From positions 1,234-65,233 of the forward strand of contig DASQJL010000096.1 of NCBI GenBank assembly GCA_035631035.1: DNA of 64,000 nucleotides, in the 5' to 3' direction. Every line of letters starts with the position of its first letter. Position 1 is the stretch's first letter. This document shows, piece by piece, positions 1 to 9,764 of this stretch. The translations under genes were made by a program, and so were the position numbers. This stretch comes from Candidatus Binatia bacterium. GTDB taxonomy: Bacteria > Eisenbacteria > RBG-16-71-46 > SZUA-252. Under the pieces are notes generated by a model, which saw only the letters and a list, made by a program, of their open reading frames with translations, had not been told where the DNA came from and did not search any database.

Positions 1-1170
1 GGCGGTCGGCCCGCTCGGCGGCCTCGCCGCCGGCGAACACGCGATTGAAATCGGAGCTCAGCTCCTGCCGCTCGAACGAGGCGAGGTTCTGCCCGCGCGC
101 GGCGGAGATGTCGAGACAGCGGAGCAGGAGCTCGAGCGCCTCGGAGCGGGTCAGGGCGTCGTCCGACCGTTCCGGGCCCTCCGCCTTCAGGACGGCCGTC
201 CCGGCGGCGCCGAACAGGGAGGCAAGCGCCCGGCAGAAGTCGCCCCGCGTGATCGCGTCGTCGGGTTCGAAGCGGCTCCCCTCGCCCGCCAGGATGCCGT
301 CGCGGCAGGCGGCCAGGGCGTAGCGCGTTTCCCACCCGCGCGGATCCAGGTCCTCGAAGCGGCGGACGTGATGCTCCAGAAACGCGACCGGGTCGACCGT
401 GGCGAGCAGCGCGAAGGTGCGGTCCTGGACGGTCGCGTTCTCCGCTTCCTCGGGGTCGAAGTCGTCGCCGGCCGAGGGGGCGGGCTCGGCGCTTCGGATC
501 TCGAGGTGGAGGTGGGGCGACGAGGCGCGTCCGGTGTTTCCGACCTGCGCGATGACCTGGCCCGCGGCGACCGCGTCGCCCCCGCGGACCCGGATCGAGC
601 CGGACTTCAGGTGGCCGTAGAGCGAATGCACGATCTGTCCGTCGGGGAGCGTGTGGCGGATCACGACGTAGTTGCCCCATCCCGTGCGCCACCGCGTCGT
701 GGTCCGGTACCGCGTCACCCACCGGGTCACCCGCTTCCTCTTCACGACCCGGGTCACCTTGACGTTCTTCGCGCTCCGCTCCCGGATCATCGCCCGCGCA
801 TCGGCCACCACGACGACCCCCGAAGCGACCGCGCGGACGGGCGATCCGCCGTGTCCGCACGAAAGATCCACCCCCTGGTGGGTGCGCTGCCCGTGCTTTC
901 CGTCGCGCACGACGAGATAGGAATCGGAGATGGTGAAGCCCGCGGACTCGCCCGGATGGGCTTGGGTGAAGTCGAGCTCGTCGCCGACGGGGTAGACGAA
1001 GGCGCCGGCGATCGGCTCGGCGCGCGATGCGGCGTTGGAGGAGGCGGCGTGGTCGGCCGCGAGCGCCGCGGGTGGAACGCAGGCAGCGAAGCCGACCGAC
1101 GCGGCGACGAGAATGAGCGCGGCCCGAAGCGTGACCCGCGAGGGCGTCCCGCGCCCCCGGTCACGAGCGG
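1..1170 (-). CDS. M23 family metallopeptidase with C-terminal SLH-like repeats; 3' end runs off the window and the start is uncertain (about 1130-1220)
   Basis: Minus-strand translation gives a lipoprotein-like N-terminus (LRAALILVAASVGFAAC). It contains the M23 motifs HQGVDLS...GWGNYVVIRH...SLYGHL...HLHLEIR. The C-terminal region carries SLH-like repeats (FEDLDPRGWETRYALAACRDGIL...FEPDDAITRGDF). There is no stop before position 1. The ORF track does not list it because it has no in-window stop. Confidence 0.75.
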
Positions 1171-1203
1171 CCGGCGTTCTCGTGCGCCGCGCCGGCGGCA
1201 ACC

Positions 1204-2214
1204 CTATTGGTTCTCCACGGCGGGGTCGAGATCGCGATGGAGCGCGAAGCGGATGGTCCAGTCGAGAATCCGCTTGGCTTCGGCGAACCGAAGGGCGTTG
1301 CTGGGCGCTCCCAAGACGACAGCCGTGATTTCCGTTCCGGTCGGTGCCTGGATATTGGTGGCGAGGCAGTAGCCCGCTTCCTGGATGAACCCGGTCTTGC
1401 CCGCCGTGACGCGCCACTTGCTGCGCAGGAGCCGGTTCGTGTTGATCAGGAGGTGCAGGCGGCGGTTGGACGTGAAGGTGTACTGCTCCTTCTGCATGAT
1501 CGTGCTGACGATCTCATTGCTGGCGGCGGCGCGCAGGAGCTTGGCCACGGCCTGGGCGGTGGCGACGTTCTGCTCGCTCAGTCCCGTGGGCTCGACGAAG
1601 CGCGCGCCGGAAAGGCCGAGAGAGTCGGCCTTCACGTTCATCCGCCGCACGAACTCGCTGCGGTCGAGACCGCAGGTGCGCGCGAGCGCCTTGGCGGCCA
1701 CGTTGTCGGACGACATGAGCATGGCGTGAATCAGGTCGCGCACCGTGATCTCCTCGTGCGGACGGATGTGCGAGCGGCTGGAATTGCGAACGTCTTCCGG
1801 AAGGACCTCGACGACGCGGTCCCAATCGGGCGTGGTATCGAGCAGCACCAGGGCGCTGACCAGCTTGGTCAGGCTGGCGATCGGATAGACCCGTTCGGGA
1901 TTCTTCTGGAAGAGCACCTGGCCGCTGGCGTCCTCGACGTAGGCCGCTTTGACGTGGAGCCGGGGGATGCCGTAGGGGGTGATCGCCGGGAGACGGAGCA
2001 TGGCGACCTGGCGCCGCCGGCGAACCCTCAGCCGGTGGCGGGCCGACCTGGCGGCCGTCGCGCTGATGCGCGCCCGCCGGGAAGACCGCGAGGAGCGGGC
2101 AGCCGCGGAGGCATCACCGGTCTCGGCAACAAGCCCAAAAGCAATTGCGACACAGGCGATTACAGCGATCTTTCGAAGGCGGTGCGGAGAAGTCATAGCT
2201 CGGTCTGCCCTCAT
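1204..2214 (-). CDS. dacC: D-alanyl-D-alanine carboxypeptidase (S11 family low-molecular-weight PBP)
   Basis: SxxK (ASLTK), SxN (SSDN) and KTG (AGKTGF) motifs plus an N-terminal signal/TM segment. Confidence 0.85.
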   Translation of the reverse strand: MRADRAMTSPHRLRKIAVIACVAIAFGLVAETGDASAAARSSRSSRRARISATAARSARHRLRVRRRRQVAMLRLPAITPYGIPRLHVKAAYVEDASGQVLFQKNPERVYPIASLTKLVSALVLLDTTPDWDRVVEVLPEDVRNSSRSHIRPHEEITVRDLIHAMLMSSDNVAAKALARTCGLDRSEFVRRMNVKADSLGLSGARFVEPTGLSEQNVATAQAVAKLLRAAASNEIVSTIMQKEQYTFTSNRRLHLLINTNRLLRSKWRVTAGKTGFIQEAGYCLATNIQAPTGTEITAVVLGAPSNALRFAEAKRILDWTIRFALHRDLDPAVENQ

Positions 2215-2411
2215 CCGTGAGTTACTCCCTGAATGACGGTTGGTGGAGAGACGGGGAAGGCGCCTCTCTCAGGGTTATCGGATGCGGCAGGCAGAACTGA
2301 AGGGGAAGTTCTAGCCTGACGGGCTCGGAAGCCCCTACTGGACAAGATAATAGCATGGGTCCTGCCATCCTGTCTACCGGGCGGTTGCATCGGAGCACGG
2401 AATGAAGAAAC

Positions 2412-2438
2412 GCGGCGCGCGTGGGTGGCGCGCGCCGC
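2412..2438. terminator. GC-rich perfect hairpin (10-bp stem GCGGCGCGCG/CGCGCGCCGC) flanked by T-rich runs on both strands; likely terminator of the PDZ gene
   Basis: Seen in sequence at 2412-2438. It is followed on the minus strand by TTTCTTCATTCC, within a local GC dip. Confidence 0.45.
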
Positions 2439-2495
2439 GTCATTCTCATGCGGTACAGTCCCTTACGGCCCCTCGCGTCTCAGGCCGTTCCGCTC

Positions 2496-3194
2496 CTAAT
2501 CGTCGTCGTCGCTGTCATTGTCCTTCGAGCGGTCGTTGTCATGATCGTCATCGTGCCCGTTCGAACGCTGCAGTTCCTGCCGCAGGGACTGGATCTCCTG
2601 CCGGAGCTCCCGGAGCTGGTCCCGGAGGTCCCGGATCTGCTGCTGAACGTCCCGGTCCTCCATCTGGGGCGGCATCGGGTGGTCGTCGTTGCTCGGGAAC
2701 CGGAGGTTGGGCATGCCCATCCCCGGCATCCCCTGCGGCCGCTCGCCCAGCTGGACGTTGACCGTGCGGAGCGAGCCCGAGCGCCAGAGCGTGATGCGGG
2801 TCCGGCTGCCCGGCGAGAGCCCGCGCACGACCTTGATCAGGTCCTGGGAGCTTTCGATCTTCTCGCGGTCCACTTCCGTGATCACGTCGCCGCGGCGGAC
2901 CCCCGCCCGATCCGCGGGACTGTCCTCCTCGACGCGGCTGACCAGGGCGCCCTCGTCGGTCGGAAGGCTGCGCGCCCGCTGGAGCGCGCGCGTGACGTCC
3001 TGGACCTGCACGCCCAGATAGCCGCCCTGCGCGTCGTCGCCGCCATAGATCCGGACCGTGCCCTGCCGGCCGTTGTCGGTATTGTCGTCGTCGTCGTCAT
3101 CCGCCCGCGCCGCCACCGGGGCGGTCAGGAGGGTGAGCGCCAGGCCGAGAGCCGCGAGGCTCCAGACCGGCCGCATGAACCGAGGCAATCTCAT
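2496..3194 (-). CDS. Secreted PDZ-domain protein with poly-Asp N- and C-terminal tracts and a coiled-coil
   Basis: Signal peptide MRLPRFMRPVWSLAALGLALTLL. PDZ core (GALVSRVEEDSPADRAGVRRGDVITEVDREKI). DDDDDDN and DNDSDDDD tracts. Heptad-like QQQIRDLRDQLRELRQEIQSLRQELQ. Confidence 0.7.
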   Translation of the reverse strand: MRLPRFMRPVWSLAALGLALTLLTAPVAARADDDDDDNTDNGRQGTVRIYGGDDAQGGYLGVQVQDVTRALQRARSLPTDEGALVSRVEEDSPADRAGVRRGDVITEVDREKIESSQDLIKVVRGLSPGSRTRITLWRSGSLRTVNVQLGERPQGMPGMGMPNLRFPSNDDHPMPPQMEDRDVQQQIRDLRDQLRELRQEIQSLRQELQRSNGHDDDHDNDRSKDNDSDDDD

Positions 3195-3297
3195 CGTGTT
3201 CCTCCGTAGCGAAAAATAGGGATGGGGTTGCGCCGCGCCTCACTCCGGTCTACCGCGAGGACCGGCCGAAGTTCCCGCCCTTCCTTGGACGGTGGAA

Positions 3298-4635
3298 CTA
3301 GTTGGCCGGTTGGAGCCGGAATGTCGAGCAGCCCGCCTTTCCGATGAAGGCGCCGATCGGACCACACGGCGCGCGAAGCGCGGGCGACAGGTCGCGGAGG
3401 GCGAAGTTGCCGTGCTCCGCGTCGCAGAAGAGCGGGTCCCCGACCCACGTGTTGACGGAGGGGAGCGCGCCGATGGCCCCTCCGGACGGATCCCAGATGA
3501 GGTTGCAGTCATATCGAGGAGACGTCTGCAGCCCCGTCACGGCGCGCTGACCATGATCCACCACAAAGATGTTTTTGCGCACCTCGGGAGAGACGTCGGT
3601 GAAGAAGAGGGTGGCGCCGTCTCCCTTGACCCTGTTCACGAAGAACGTGTTGCTCTGAAGCACCGGATTGACGTTGTTCATGCCGCGCCCGGCAATCCCC
3701 ATCGCCGCGGAGGCCGAGAGCGCCGAATTCTGGTTGAAGAGGCAGAGTCCCACGTTCATGCGCGAGTGATCGCACTGGATCGCGCCGGCCGTTCCGGCCT
3801 GATTCCTCTCGAACGTCGACCGCGAGACGTTGAACTCCGAGCCGCCCGCGATGCCCATCGCGCCTCCCGCCACGTCGGAGCTGTTCTCCTTGAAGGAGCA
3901 GCTCACGACGGTTCCCTGGCTCGAATCCTCGGCGGCGACGGCGCCGCCGATGGAACCGACCGCCCGGTTCCGCTCGAACACGAGGTTGCGGAGGGGGATG
4001 AGGAGCCGCGTATGGCTGAGCGAGATCGCGCCCCCTTCGTGCCCCTCGTTGTCGTAGAACTTCGATTCGAAGACACCCACCACCGAGTTGTTGGCGTCGA
4101 TGGCGCTCCCCTTGTTCTCCCGCAGGGTGCAATTGCCGATGGCGACCCCTTGCGAGTCCCAGATGGAGACGGCCGACTCCCAGTTGCCCGTGAAGACGCA
4201 GTTGGAAATCTGCACCATGCTGTCGCGAAGGCAGTAGATGCCGCCGCCGCTGTTCGAGTGGCCTCGCCGGATCGTGAAGCCCACGATGCTCATGCCGGTG
4301 ACCCCCTCGACATGCAGGACCCGAACGCTGTCCCTGCCGTCGAGCGTGGTCTTCTCGGCGCCCCCCAATGCGTAGAGCACGATCTTCTTCCTTACGGTGA
4401 ACGGCCCCCGGTAGACGCCGGGAGCGACCCAGACCGTGTCACCCGGCGCCGCCGCGTCGATCGCCGCCTGCAGCGTCTTGTGCTGGCGGGGAACGGGGCG
4501 TCGCTTGGCCGGGGCGTGGCGCGGCGCGGCGGCCGTCAGAACGAGCGCGAGCAGAAGGAGCACGGCGAGCGCGGTCGCGCTCGAGGCGCGGCTCTGGCGG
4601 CGGAGCGGATGCGTCGCACGGCGCCTAAGGGCCAA
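3298..4635 (-). CDS. Right-handed parallel beta-helix repeat protein (NosD/pectate-lyase-like), secreted
   Basis: Signal-like ALAVLLLLALVLTAAAP. Repeated N/G/S-rich beta-helix rungs (GNCTLRENKGSAIDANNSVVG...). Confidence 0.75.
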   Translation of the reverse strand: MALRRRATHPLRRQSRASSATALAVLLLLALVLTAAAPRHAPAKRRPVPRQHKTLQAAIDAAAPGDTVWVAPGVYRGPFTVRKKIVLYALGGAEKTTLDGRDSVRVLHVEGVTGMSIVGFTIRRGHSNSGGGIYCLRDSMVQISNCVFTGNWESAVSIWDSQGVAIGNCTLRENKGSAIDANNSVVGVFESKFYDNEGHEGGAISLSHTRLLIPLRNLVFERNRAVGSIGGAVAAEDSSQGTVVSCSFKENSSDVAGGAMGIAGGSEFNVSRSTFERNQAGTAGAIQCDHSRMNVGLCLFNQNSALSASAAMGIAGRGMNNVNPVLQSNTFFVNRVKGDGATLFFTDVSPEVRKNIFVVDHGQRAVTGLQTSPRYDCNLIWDPSGGAIGALPSVNTWVGDPLFCDAEHGNFALRDLSPALRAPCGPIGAFIGKAGCSTFRLQPAN

Positions 4636-7489
4636 CCGCGCTCCCCGGGGCCGTGACCGACCCCGCCACCACCAGGGCGTAGCCGGAGGCGGGGCGCAGG
4701 TAGGCGCGCGCCGCCGCGGCGGCCGCCTCGCGCGTCACGCCGCGCACGATCGAAGTGTAGCGCTCGATGTAGTCCAGCCCCAATCCATAGACCTCCGCCG
4801 CCACCAGCTGCGAGGCGACGCCGGCGTTGGTCTCGAGACGAACCGGGAACACCCCGGTCAGATAATCCTTCGCGTCCTCCATCTCCGCGTCGGTCGGCCC
4901 CTGCTCCGCCATGCGGCGCACCTGCTCGAGGATGCTCGCGACCGCCCGGTCGGCGTTCGCGGGATTCGTCCCGGCGCGGATCGAGAGCGGCCCCGCGCCG
5001 ATGCCGGCCGCGAACGAGGAATAGACCCCGTACACCAGCCCCTGCTCGTCGCGCAGGCTGTTCATGAGCCGGCTGGAGAGCGAGCCCCCGCCGAGGATGT
5101 AGTTCATCACCATCGCCGCGTCGTAGTCGGGCGCGGTGCGGGGAATGCCGGGCACCGCGTAGACGACGTCGGTCTGCGATTTTCCCCTCATCGGCACGCG
5201 CAGCTCGAGCGTCGTCGCCGGGGCCGCCGCCTTCGGAACCTGGAACGGCGGCACCGGATCGAGCTTGGCCCATCCGCCGAAGGCGGCCCGCACCAGCTCC
5301 AGCGCGCGCTTGGGATCGACGTCGCCGACCAGGACCAGGATCGTGTTGTTGGGGCCGTAGTGGCTTCGGTGGAACGACGCCAGATCCTCGCGCGTGATCG
5401 CGCGGAGCGTGCTGTCGGTGCCCATCGGGTTCACGTGGTAGGGGTGCCCCTCGGGATACAGGAGGCCGTTCGCCCGGCGCGCCGCCACGCTGGCCGTCGA
5501 ATTCTCGGCGACCTGGTAGTCGGTGATCCGCTCCGCGCGGATCTTCTCCATCTTGTCCGCGGGGAAGGCGGGGTGCTGGAGGGCGTCGGCGAGCACGTCG
5601 AGCACCGTCGGGAGATCAGCGGAGAGCATCGTGGCCGAGATCGAAACCGTCTCGGACCCGCCGTCGAACGAGAGGTGGGCGCCCGCGCCCTCGATCGTCT
5701 CGGCGGTCTGGAGCGCCGTGCGCTTCGCCGTGCCCTGATCCAGCATCGCGGCGGTGAATCCGGCCAGCCCGCTCCGATCCGGCGGATCGTAGATGCCGCC
5801 CGCCTTGACGAGGCCCTGGAGGGAGATGGTCGGATTCGCCGGGTTGTTCCGCACGATCAGCGTGAGCCCGTTGGGGAGAACCGTGCGGTCGGGAGCCGCC
5901 CCGTGCATCACGCCGGCCGGCATGGCGGCCGCGCCCGGAGCGGCCGCACCCGTCCCACGCTCGTCCCGAGCCGCGGAGGCGGGAAGGCCGGGGAGCGCGC
6001 CGGCCGCCTCGTCGGGTCGGTAGTGGTCGACCCACCGCGAGGGGCCCGCCGCTCCGGCCGCCTCGGCGGGAGCGCCGTTCCCGGCCTCGGCCTGGTCTTC
6101 CGGCGTCGGGTCGTACCAGCCCACCGTGCGCGAGTTCTCCGTGAGATAGGTGCGCGCCACCCGCATCAGGTCCTCGGCGGTGACCGCGCGGACCCGCTCC
6201 ACATAGGTGTCCAGATAGCGCCAGGAAGCCACGGTGTTGTAGTACCCCAGCTGCTGCGCCAGGCTCCGGATCGAATCCTTGGAGTAGATGAACGAGGCCT
6301 CGACCTGCTTCTTCGCCCGCGCGAGCTCCTGGGGCGTGACCGGCTGGGTCTTGAGCCGATCGACCTCGGCGAGGAGTCCCGCTTCCAGGCGGTCCAGCTC
6401 GACCCCGGGCGCCGCCGTCGCCTGCGCGTTGAAGAGGAGCGGGTCGTGGCCGTTGTCGTTGCTCGCGTCCACCTCGGCCGCGAGCTTCTTCTCCACCAGC
6501 GCCTGGTAGAGGCGCGAGGTCTGGCCGTGGCCCAGGATGATCCCGAGCACGTCGAGGGCGTAGGTGTCGGGATGCGTCACCGCGGGATTTCTCCAGGCCA
6601 CGAGCAGGTAGCGGGTGTCGCCCGGCTTCCGGATCTTGAAGCGGCGCTCACCCATCTGCGGCGGCTCCACCGTGGTGACCGGCGGCGGCTCGGTTCCCTT
6701 CGGGACCGCTCCGAAGTACCGCTTCACCATCGCGAGGGCGGCCGGCGCGCTCACGTCGCCGACGACCACGACCGTCGCGTTGTTCGGCATGTAGTGGCTC
6801 TTGTAGTAGTCGCGGATCTGCTCCGTGCGGATCTGCTCGACGTCGGTGCGCCAGCCGATGGTGGGCCAGTGGTAGGGGTGCGCCTTGAAGGCCTGCGCCA
6901 TCGCTTCGAGATAGAGGGCGCGATGCGGATTGTCCTCGTTCCGCTCCAGCTCGGAGCGGACGACGGTCATCTCCAGGCGGTGCTCCTCGTCGGGGATCGT
7001 CGCGTGAATCATGCGGTCCGCCTCGATCTTCATCGCCATCTCCAGGCGGTCGCTCGCAAGGACCTCGAAGTAGGTCGTGTAGTCGAGCGACGTGCCCGCG
7101 TTGAACGTGGCGCCGTTCTTCTGGAGCAGCCGGGAGATCTCCCCCTTGCCGTAGGTGGGCGTCCCCTTGAACATCATGTGCTCGAGCAGATGGGAGATGC
7201 CGGTGATGCCGGCGCTCTCGTTCCGGGAGCCGACCTTGTACCAGACCATGAAGGCCGCCACCGGCGCCGTGTGAACCTCCTGGATCAACACCGTGAGCCC
7301 GTTGTCGAGGGTCGTCTCGAGCACGGGCGACTTCGCCGCTGGGGCTGTCATGGAACGTTTCCCTTTAGAAGTGGCGCCGGCGGAAGCCGGCGGTGCCTGG
7401 ATCGCCGTGAATGCGAGCAGGGAGAGGAGAAGTCCCGCTCCGCAAAGCCGTGGTGTGGCGCTCGGTCGAACGTTCGAAACCTGCCGCAT
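4625..7489 (-). CDS. M16 (pitrilysin) family zinc peptidase with two tandem M16 units
   Basis: HxxEH zinc motif (HLLEHMMFKG) in the first unit and a second M16-like unit. The start is placed at MRQVSN..., which has a signal peptide and a GGAGGA SD. The upstream 389 codons of the ORF-track entry are Arg/Gly-rich antisense read-through. Confidence 0.8.
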   Translation of the reverse strand: MRQVSNVRPSATPRLCGAGLLLSLLAFTAIQAPPASAGATSKGKRSMTAPAAKSPVLETTLDNGLTVLIQEVHTAPVAAFMVWYKVGSRNESAGITGISHLLEHMMFKGTPTYGKGEISRLLQKNGATFNAGTSLDYTTYFEVLASDRLEMAMKIEADRMIHATIPDEEHRLEMTVVRSELERNEDNPHRALYLEAMAQAFKAHPYHWPTIGWRTDVEQIRTEQIRDYYKSHYMPNNATVVVVGDVSAPAALAMVKRYFGAVPKGTEPPPVTTVEPPQMGERRFKIRKPGDTRYLLVAWRNPAVTHPDTYALDVLGIILGHGQTSRLYQALVEKKLAAEVDASNDNGHDPLLFNAQATAAPGVELDRLEAGLLAEVDRLKTQPVTPQELARAKKQVEASFIYSKDSIRSLAQQLGYYNTVASWRYLDTYVERVRAVTAEDLMRVARTYLTENSRTVGWYDPTPEDQAEAGNGAPAEAAGAAGPSRWVDHYRPDEAAGALPGLPASAARDERGTGAAAPGAAAMPAGVMHGAAPDRTVLPNGLTLIVRNNPANPTISLQGLVKAGGIYDPPDRSGLAGFTAAMLDQGTAKRTALQTAETIEGAGAHLSFDGGSETVSISATMLSADLPTVLDVLADALQHPAFPADKMEKIRAERITDYQVAENSTASVAARRANGLLYPEGHPYHVNPMGTDSTLRAITREDLASFHRSHYGPNNTILVLVGDVDPKRALELVRAAFGGWAKLDPVPPFQVPKAAAPATTLELRVPMRGKSQTDVVYAVPGIPRTAPDYDAAMVMNYILGGGSLSSRLMNSLRDEQGLVYGVYSSFAAGIGAGPLSIRAGTNPANADRAVASILEQVRRMAEQGPTDAEMEDAKDYLTGVFPVRLETNAGVASQLVAAEVYGLGLDYIERYTSIVRGVTREAAAAAARAYLRPASGYALVVAGSVTAPGSAVGP

Positions 7490-7548
7490 TCCATCCTCCC
7501 GGGCGCCGCAGCGCTCAAGCGTAGCATGGGACGGCGCCGCCGCGGGCA

Positions 7549-8967
7549 TCAGACCCGCGCCAGCGCCGCGACGCACTCGATGTGCGCGGTGTGCGGAAAC
7601 ATGTCGACCGGCCGGACCCACGAGAGCCGATACCGTTCTTCGCAGAAGAGCGCGAGATCGCGCCCCAGGGTCGCCGGGTTGCACGAGACGTAGACGAGGC
7701 GCGGCGCGCCCATCTCGATCAGCCGCCGCGCCACGGCGGGATGGAGTCCCGCGCGCGGGGGGTCGACGAGCACCGCGTCCGGGGAGCCGCGCTCCTCGCG
7801 CAGCGCTTCGGCGGCTTCCGCCCGCACGAACCGGACGTTTTCGATCCCGTTCCGTTCGGCGTTTCGCCGCGCGTCGCGCACCGCCGCCTCGGAGGACTCG
7901 ATGCCGACCGCTTCCCGGGCACGGCGCGCGATCGGCAGCGTGAAGGTGCCGGTCCCCGAATAGACGTCGAGCACCCGCTCGTCGCCGCGAAGCTCCAGCC
8001 CCTCCATCGCGGTTTCCAGCAGGCGCTCCCCCTGTTCGGTGTTGGTCTGGAAGAAGGAGGCGGAGGAGATCTCGAAGACGAGATCCCCCAGGCGCTCCTC
8101 GATGCGGTCCCGCCCGGCAAGCACGCGCTCCTCCTCGCCCACCGCGATCTGCGCTTTCCGCCGCGTCAGGTTCAGCACGACGCTGGCGATCGACGGGAAG
8201 CCGGCGGTGATCCGCTCGGCGAATCCCGCGAAGGAGGGGTGCGGCGCCGAGGCGACCAGATTCACCATGACCTGCCCCGTACGGATCCCCTCGCGCACGG
8301 CGAGGAATCGGAGGAGTCCCGTGTGGCGGCGCGTGTCGTAGGGCTCGAGCCCTTCGGAGCGCGCCCAGGCGCGGGTCTCCGCGACGATCTCGCTCGCGAC
8401 CGGCCGGGCGATGTGGCAGCGGCCGAGGTCGAAGCTCCGGTCGAAGAACCCGCGGCGATGCAGCCCCAGCGTGAGCGCGCCGGAGGCGTCGCTGCCGAAG
8501 GAGAACTCCATCTTGTTCCGGTAGTGGAAGCGCTCCGGCGCCGGGACCACGGGGCGCACGGCGGCCGTGAGGCCCCCCAGGTGGGCGAGGCACTCCTCCA
8601 CCTGCCGCTCCTTGTGGCGGAGCTGCTCCGCGTAGTCGAGGTCCTGGAAGCGGCACCCGCCGCAGATCGGCACGTGCTCGCAGCGCGGCGTCACGCGCGC
8701 GGGGGAAGGACGGAGGACCGCCTCGGCCCGCGCCTCGGCGTACTGGCGCTTTCGGCGGAAGACGGTGGCGGCGACGCGGTCCCCCGGCAGCGCGTTCTCG
8801 ACGAAGATCACGAAACCGTCCACCTTCGCGAGCGCCGCTCCTCCGAAGGCGAGCCCGGTCACCTCCAGCTCCAGCCGGTCGCCTCGCCGGACGGTCGCGG
8901 CGGGGCTCGGGCGGGGGCCGGAATCGGCGAATTCCTGTGCCGGGACGGGATCGACTTCGGGGGTCAC
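7549..8967 (-). CDS. rlmD: 23S rRNA (uracil-C5)-methyltransferase RlmD/RumA family (TRAM + 4Fe-4S + SAM MTase)
   Basis: TRAM-like RRGDRLELEVTGLAFGG. Cys cluster CEHVPICGGCRFQ. MTase motifs LDVYSGTGTF and DPPRAG. The start codon (GTG at 8967 or 8991) is uncertain. The upstream part of the 747-aa ORF is antisense of the cupredoxin gene. Confidence 0.8.
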   Translation of the reverse strand: MTPEVDPVPAQEFADSGPRPSPAATVRRGDRLELEVTGLAFGGAALAKVDGFVIFVENALPGDRVAATVFRRKRQYAEARAEAVLRPSPARVTPRCEHVPICGGCRFQDLDYAEQLRHKERQVEECLAHLGGLTAAVRPVVPAPERFHYRNKMEFSFGSDASGALTLGLHRRGFFDRSFDLGRCHIARPVASEIVAETRAWARSEGLEPYDTRRHTGLLRFLAVREGIRTGQVMVNLVASAPHPSFAGFAERITAGFPSIASVVLNLTRRKAQIAVGEEERVLAGRDRIEERLGDLVFEISSASFFQTNTEQGERLLETAMEGLELRGDERVLDVYSGTGTFTLPIARRAREAVGIESSEAAVRDARRNAERNGIENVRFVRAEAAEALREERGSPDAVLVDPPRAGLHPAVARRLIEMGAPRLVYVSCNPATLGRDLALFCEERYRLSWVRPVDMFPHTAHIECVAALARV

Positions 8968-9066
8968 CTGGGAGCCCTCGCGGTGGGTCACGCCGAGGAG
9001 TTTACACCAAGCTCGAAGCCCAAGAACGGGCTTAGGGTAGCCCGTCCGGGGGCCGATAGGAGACGC

Positions 9067-9747
9067 ATGCCAATTCTCCCCCGCCGGACCGCCGCCGCGG
9101 CGCTCCTCCTGGTCCTCGGCTCGGCCTCTCTCGGGCGCGCGGCCACCATCGAGGGCGCCGTGACCCTGACGCCGGCCGATCTCTCCTTCCGCGGCGGGAT
9201 GAAGCCGGGCGCCTACATCGGGCAGCTCAGCGGAAGCATGGCGCGGATGGGAACGTCCGATCCGTCCGATACGACCTACGGCGTCGCCTATCTCGCCGAC
9301 CTCGCCGACACCGCCGGGATCTCGACGAGCCCGGCGCTCCTCGACCAGAAGGGGCAGCGGTTCATCCCGCGGATCCTCGCGGTCGTGGCGGGGCAGGCGG
9401 TGGATTTCCGGAACAGCGACAACATCTTCCACAACGTGTTCTCCTATTCGCCTCCCAAGAAGTTCGACCTTGGCCGTTATCCGCGCGGAAGGTCGAAGCG
9501 GCTGACGTTCCAGAAGCCGGGGCTGGTGCAGGTCTACTGCGACATCCACTCCGACATGCGCGCCGACATCGTCGTCGCGCCCAGCCGCCGGTTCGGCTAC
9601 GTGGACGCCCTGGGGCGGTTCCGCATCGAGGATGTTCCGGAAGGGAAGCACACCGTCGTCGTCTGGCTGCCCCGGCGCGGCGAGCGGAGCAGCGACGTCG
9701 ACGTGCCCGCGAACGGGACCGCCGCCCTGGCGATCGGGGCCGAGTGA
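9067..9747 (+). CDS. Periplasmic cupredoxin-like (type-1 copper fold) protein
   Basis: AGGAG SD, ATG and signal peptide MPILPRRTAAAALLLVLGSASLG. Blue-copper ligand pattern HNVFSY ... YCDIHSDM (Cys-x2-His-x2-Met). Its stop overlaps the start region of the kinase. Confidence 0.6.
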   Translation: MPILPRRTAAAALLLVLGSASLGRAATIEGAVTLTPADLSFRGGMKPGAYIGQLSGSMARMGTSDPSDTTYGVAYLADLADTAGISTSPALLDQKGQRFIPRILAVVAGQAVDFRNSDNIFHNVFSYSPPKKFDLGRYPRGRSKRLTFQKPGLVQVYCDIHSDMRADIVVAPSRRFGYVDALGRFRIEDVPEGKHTVVVWLPRRGERSSDVDVPANGTAALAIGAE

Positions 9748-9764
9748 GCGGAGGCGTTGCCGGA

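Noticed and set aside
4436-7693. 1085-aa + strand ORF
   Set aside because: It is antisense to the M16 peptidase gene. The composition is Arg/Gly/Ala-rich with no motifs. It is a typical high-GC antisense open frame.
7582-9040. N-terminal 490 codons of the 721-aa + ORF 7582..9747
   Set aside because: It is antisense to rlmD. Only the last 227 codons (from MPILPRR..., with an AGGAG SD and signal peptide) form a credible gene.
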